A stretch of DNA of 64,000 nt, from assembly GCA_965235115.1 (NCBI GenBank), contig OZ249444.1, positions 10,974,001-11,038,000 on the forward strand. The letters are read 5' to 3'. A model generated the notes under the pieces. The model did no database searches, was not told the origin of the DNA, and worked only from the letters and a program-made list of their open reading frames with translations. Of the stretch, positions 63,301 through 64,000 are shown one piece after another; position 1 is the stretch's first letter, and the number at the start of each line of letters is the position of its first letter. The position numbers were made by a program, and so were the translations under genes. The stretch comes from Laetmonice hystrix (taxonomy: Eukaryota).

Positions 63301-64000
63301 CCAATGACCTACGATGGATTCATTGTATTGATCTTCTTTGCATGGCCAACGGTAACTGGGTTTAAAGGACATTTTGGATCCTTTGTGCAATTCTGCGCCA
63401 TTTCCTTTCTATCACCTATTTCTATGTTTAAGGGAGTACACACCAAGAGGAGCTCGTTGCGCCTCGCGATCACTGCCGCTGAGCATATCGTATGAAAGTT
63501 TCAAGTGGAAATAAACATAATTTTCTTTGCTCTTCAGGACTACATGAGTGTTGATTTCAGTTCTGGCTGGATATACTCTCCCAGACGGAGACAGAGACAG
63601 AGGGAGAGGGAAGGGAGGAGGGTGATGAATAAATGCCATATAACCCTGCGTGCCGTCCACGGCATACACTTTGAAATGAATTATAGGCCAAAGCGTGAAG
63701 CTGGATCAGGACCTACACAGGCATACCTAACCGGGATCACCAGCGGTCCAAGTACATTGTCCGGTGTCAGGCTTGTAAGGGCTTTGGCCCTTTATGCTGG
63801 ACTGAATGCAAGGCTAAGCATGATTTGTGCTACAGATGAGGGCAGAACAGGAGCCAAGCCGACCTGCGTCTCCAGTCAACATCAAGGGCAGAGCTCAGCC
63901 ACTGTGCTGTCCTCGACGACTTCGGTGCTGATTTGTTGGTGTCCCGAACCCCACTGGCAAACAAGACATGCCTTTTGGATCGACTCCATCAAGATTCATT

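Overview
This is eukaryotic, largely non-coding genomic DNA. It has no operon structure, rRNA/tRNA genes, CRISPR array or cas genes, and no recognisable protein domain; the longest ORF in the track is 172 aa. The mix of intact CpGs, long poly-C runs and many short TIR elements suggests an invertebrate animal genome, possibly a deuterostome such as amphioxus (inference only). Well supported from sequence: six families of non-autonomous DNA transposons (MITEs), with TSDs readable in five; three minisatellites; two tandem duplications; (CTG)18 and (CAT)n microsatellites; and a 70-bp near-perfect palindrome. Less certain: a dense regulatory landscape with many nuclear-receptor direct/inverted repeats, about 29 CACGTG E-boxes and several CTCF-like motifs, plus a series of minus-strand exon candidates that I could not assign to a known gene. 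I did not find a convincing new protein-coding system. The best leads are the hormone-response-element cluster, a 4-bp-TSD MITE family, a TA-GGCC-TA insertion caught inside a MITE, and the putative minus-strand transcript. All counts and expectations are by eye or by hand.
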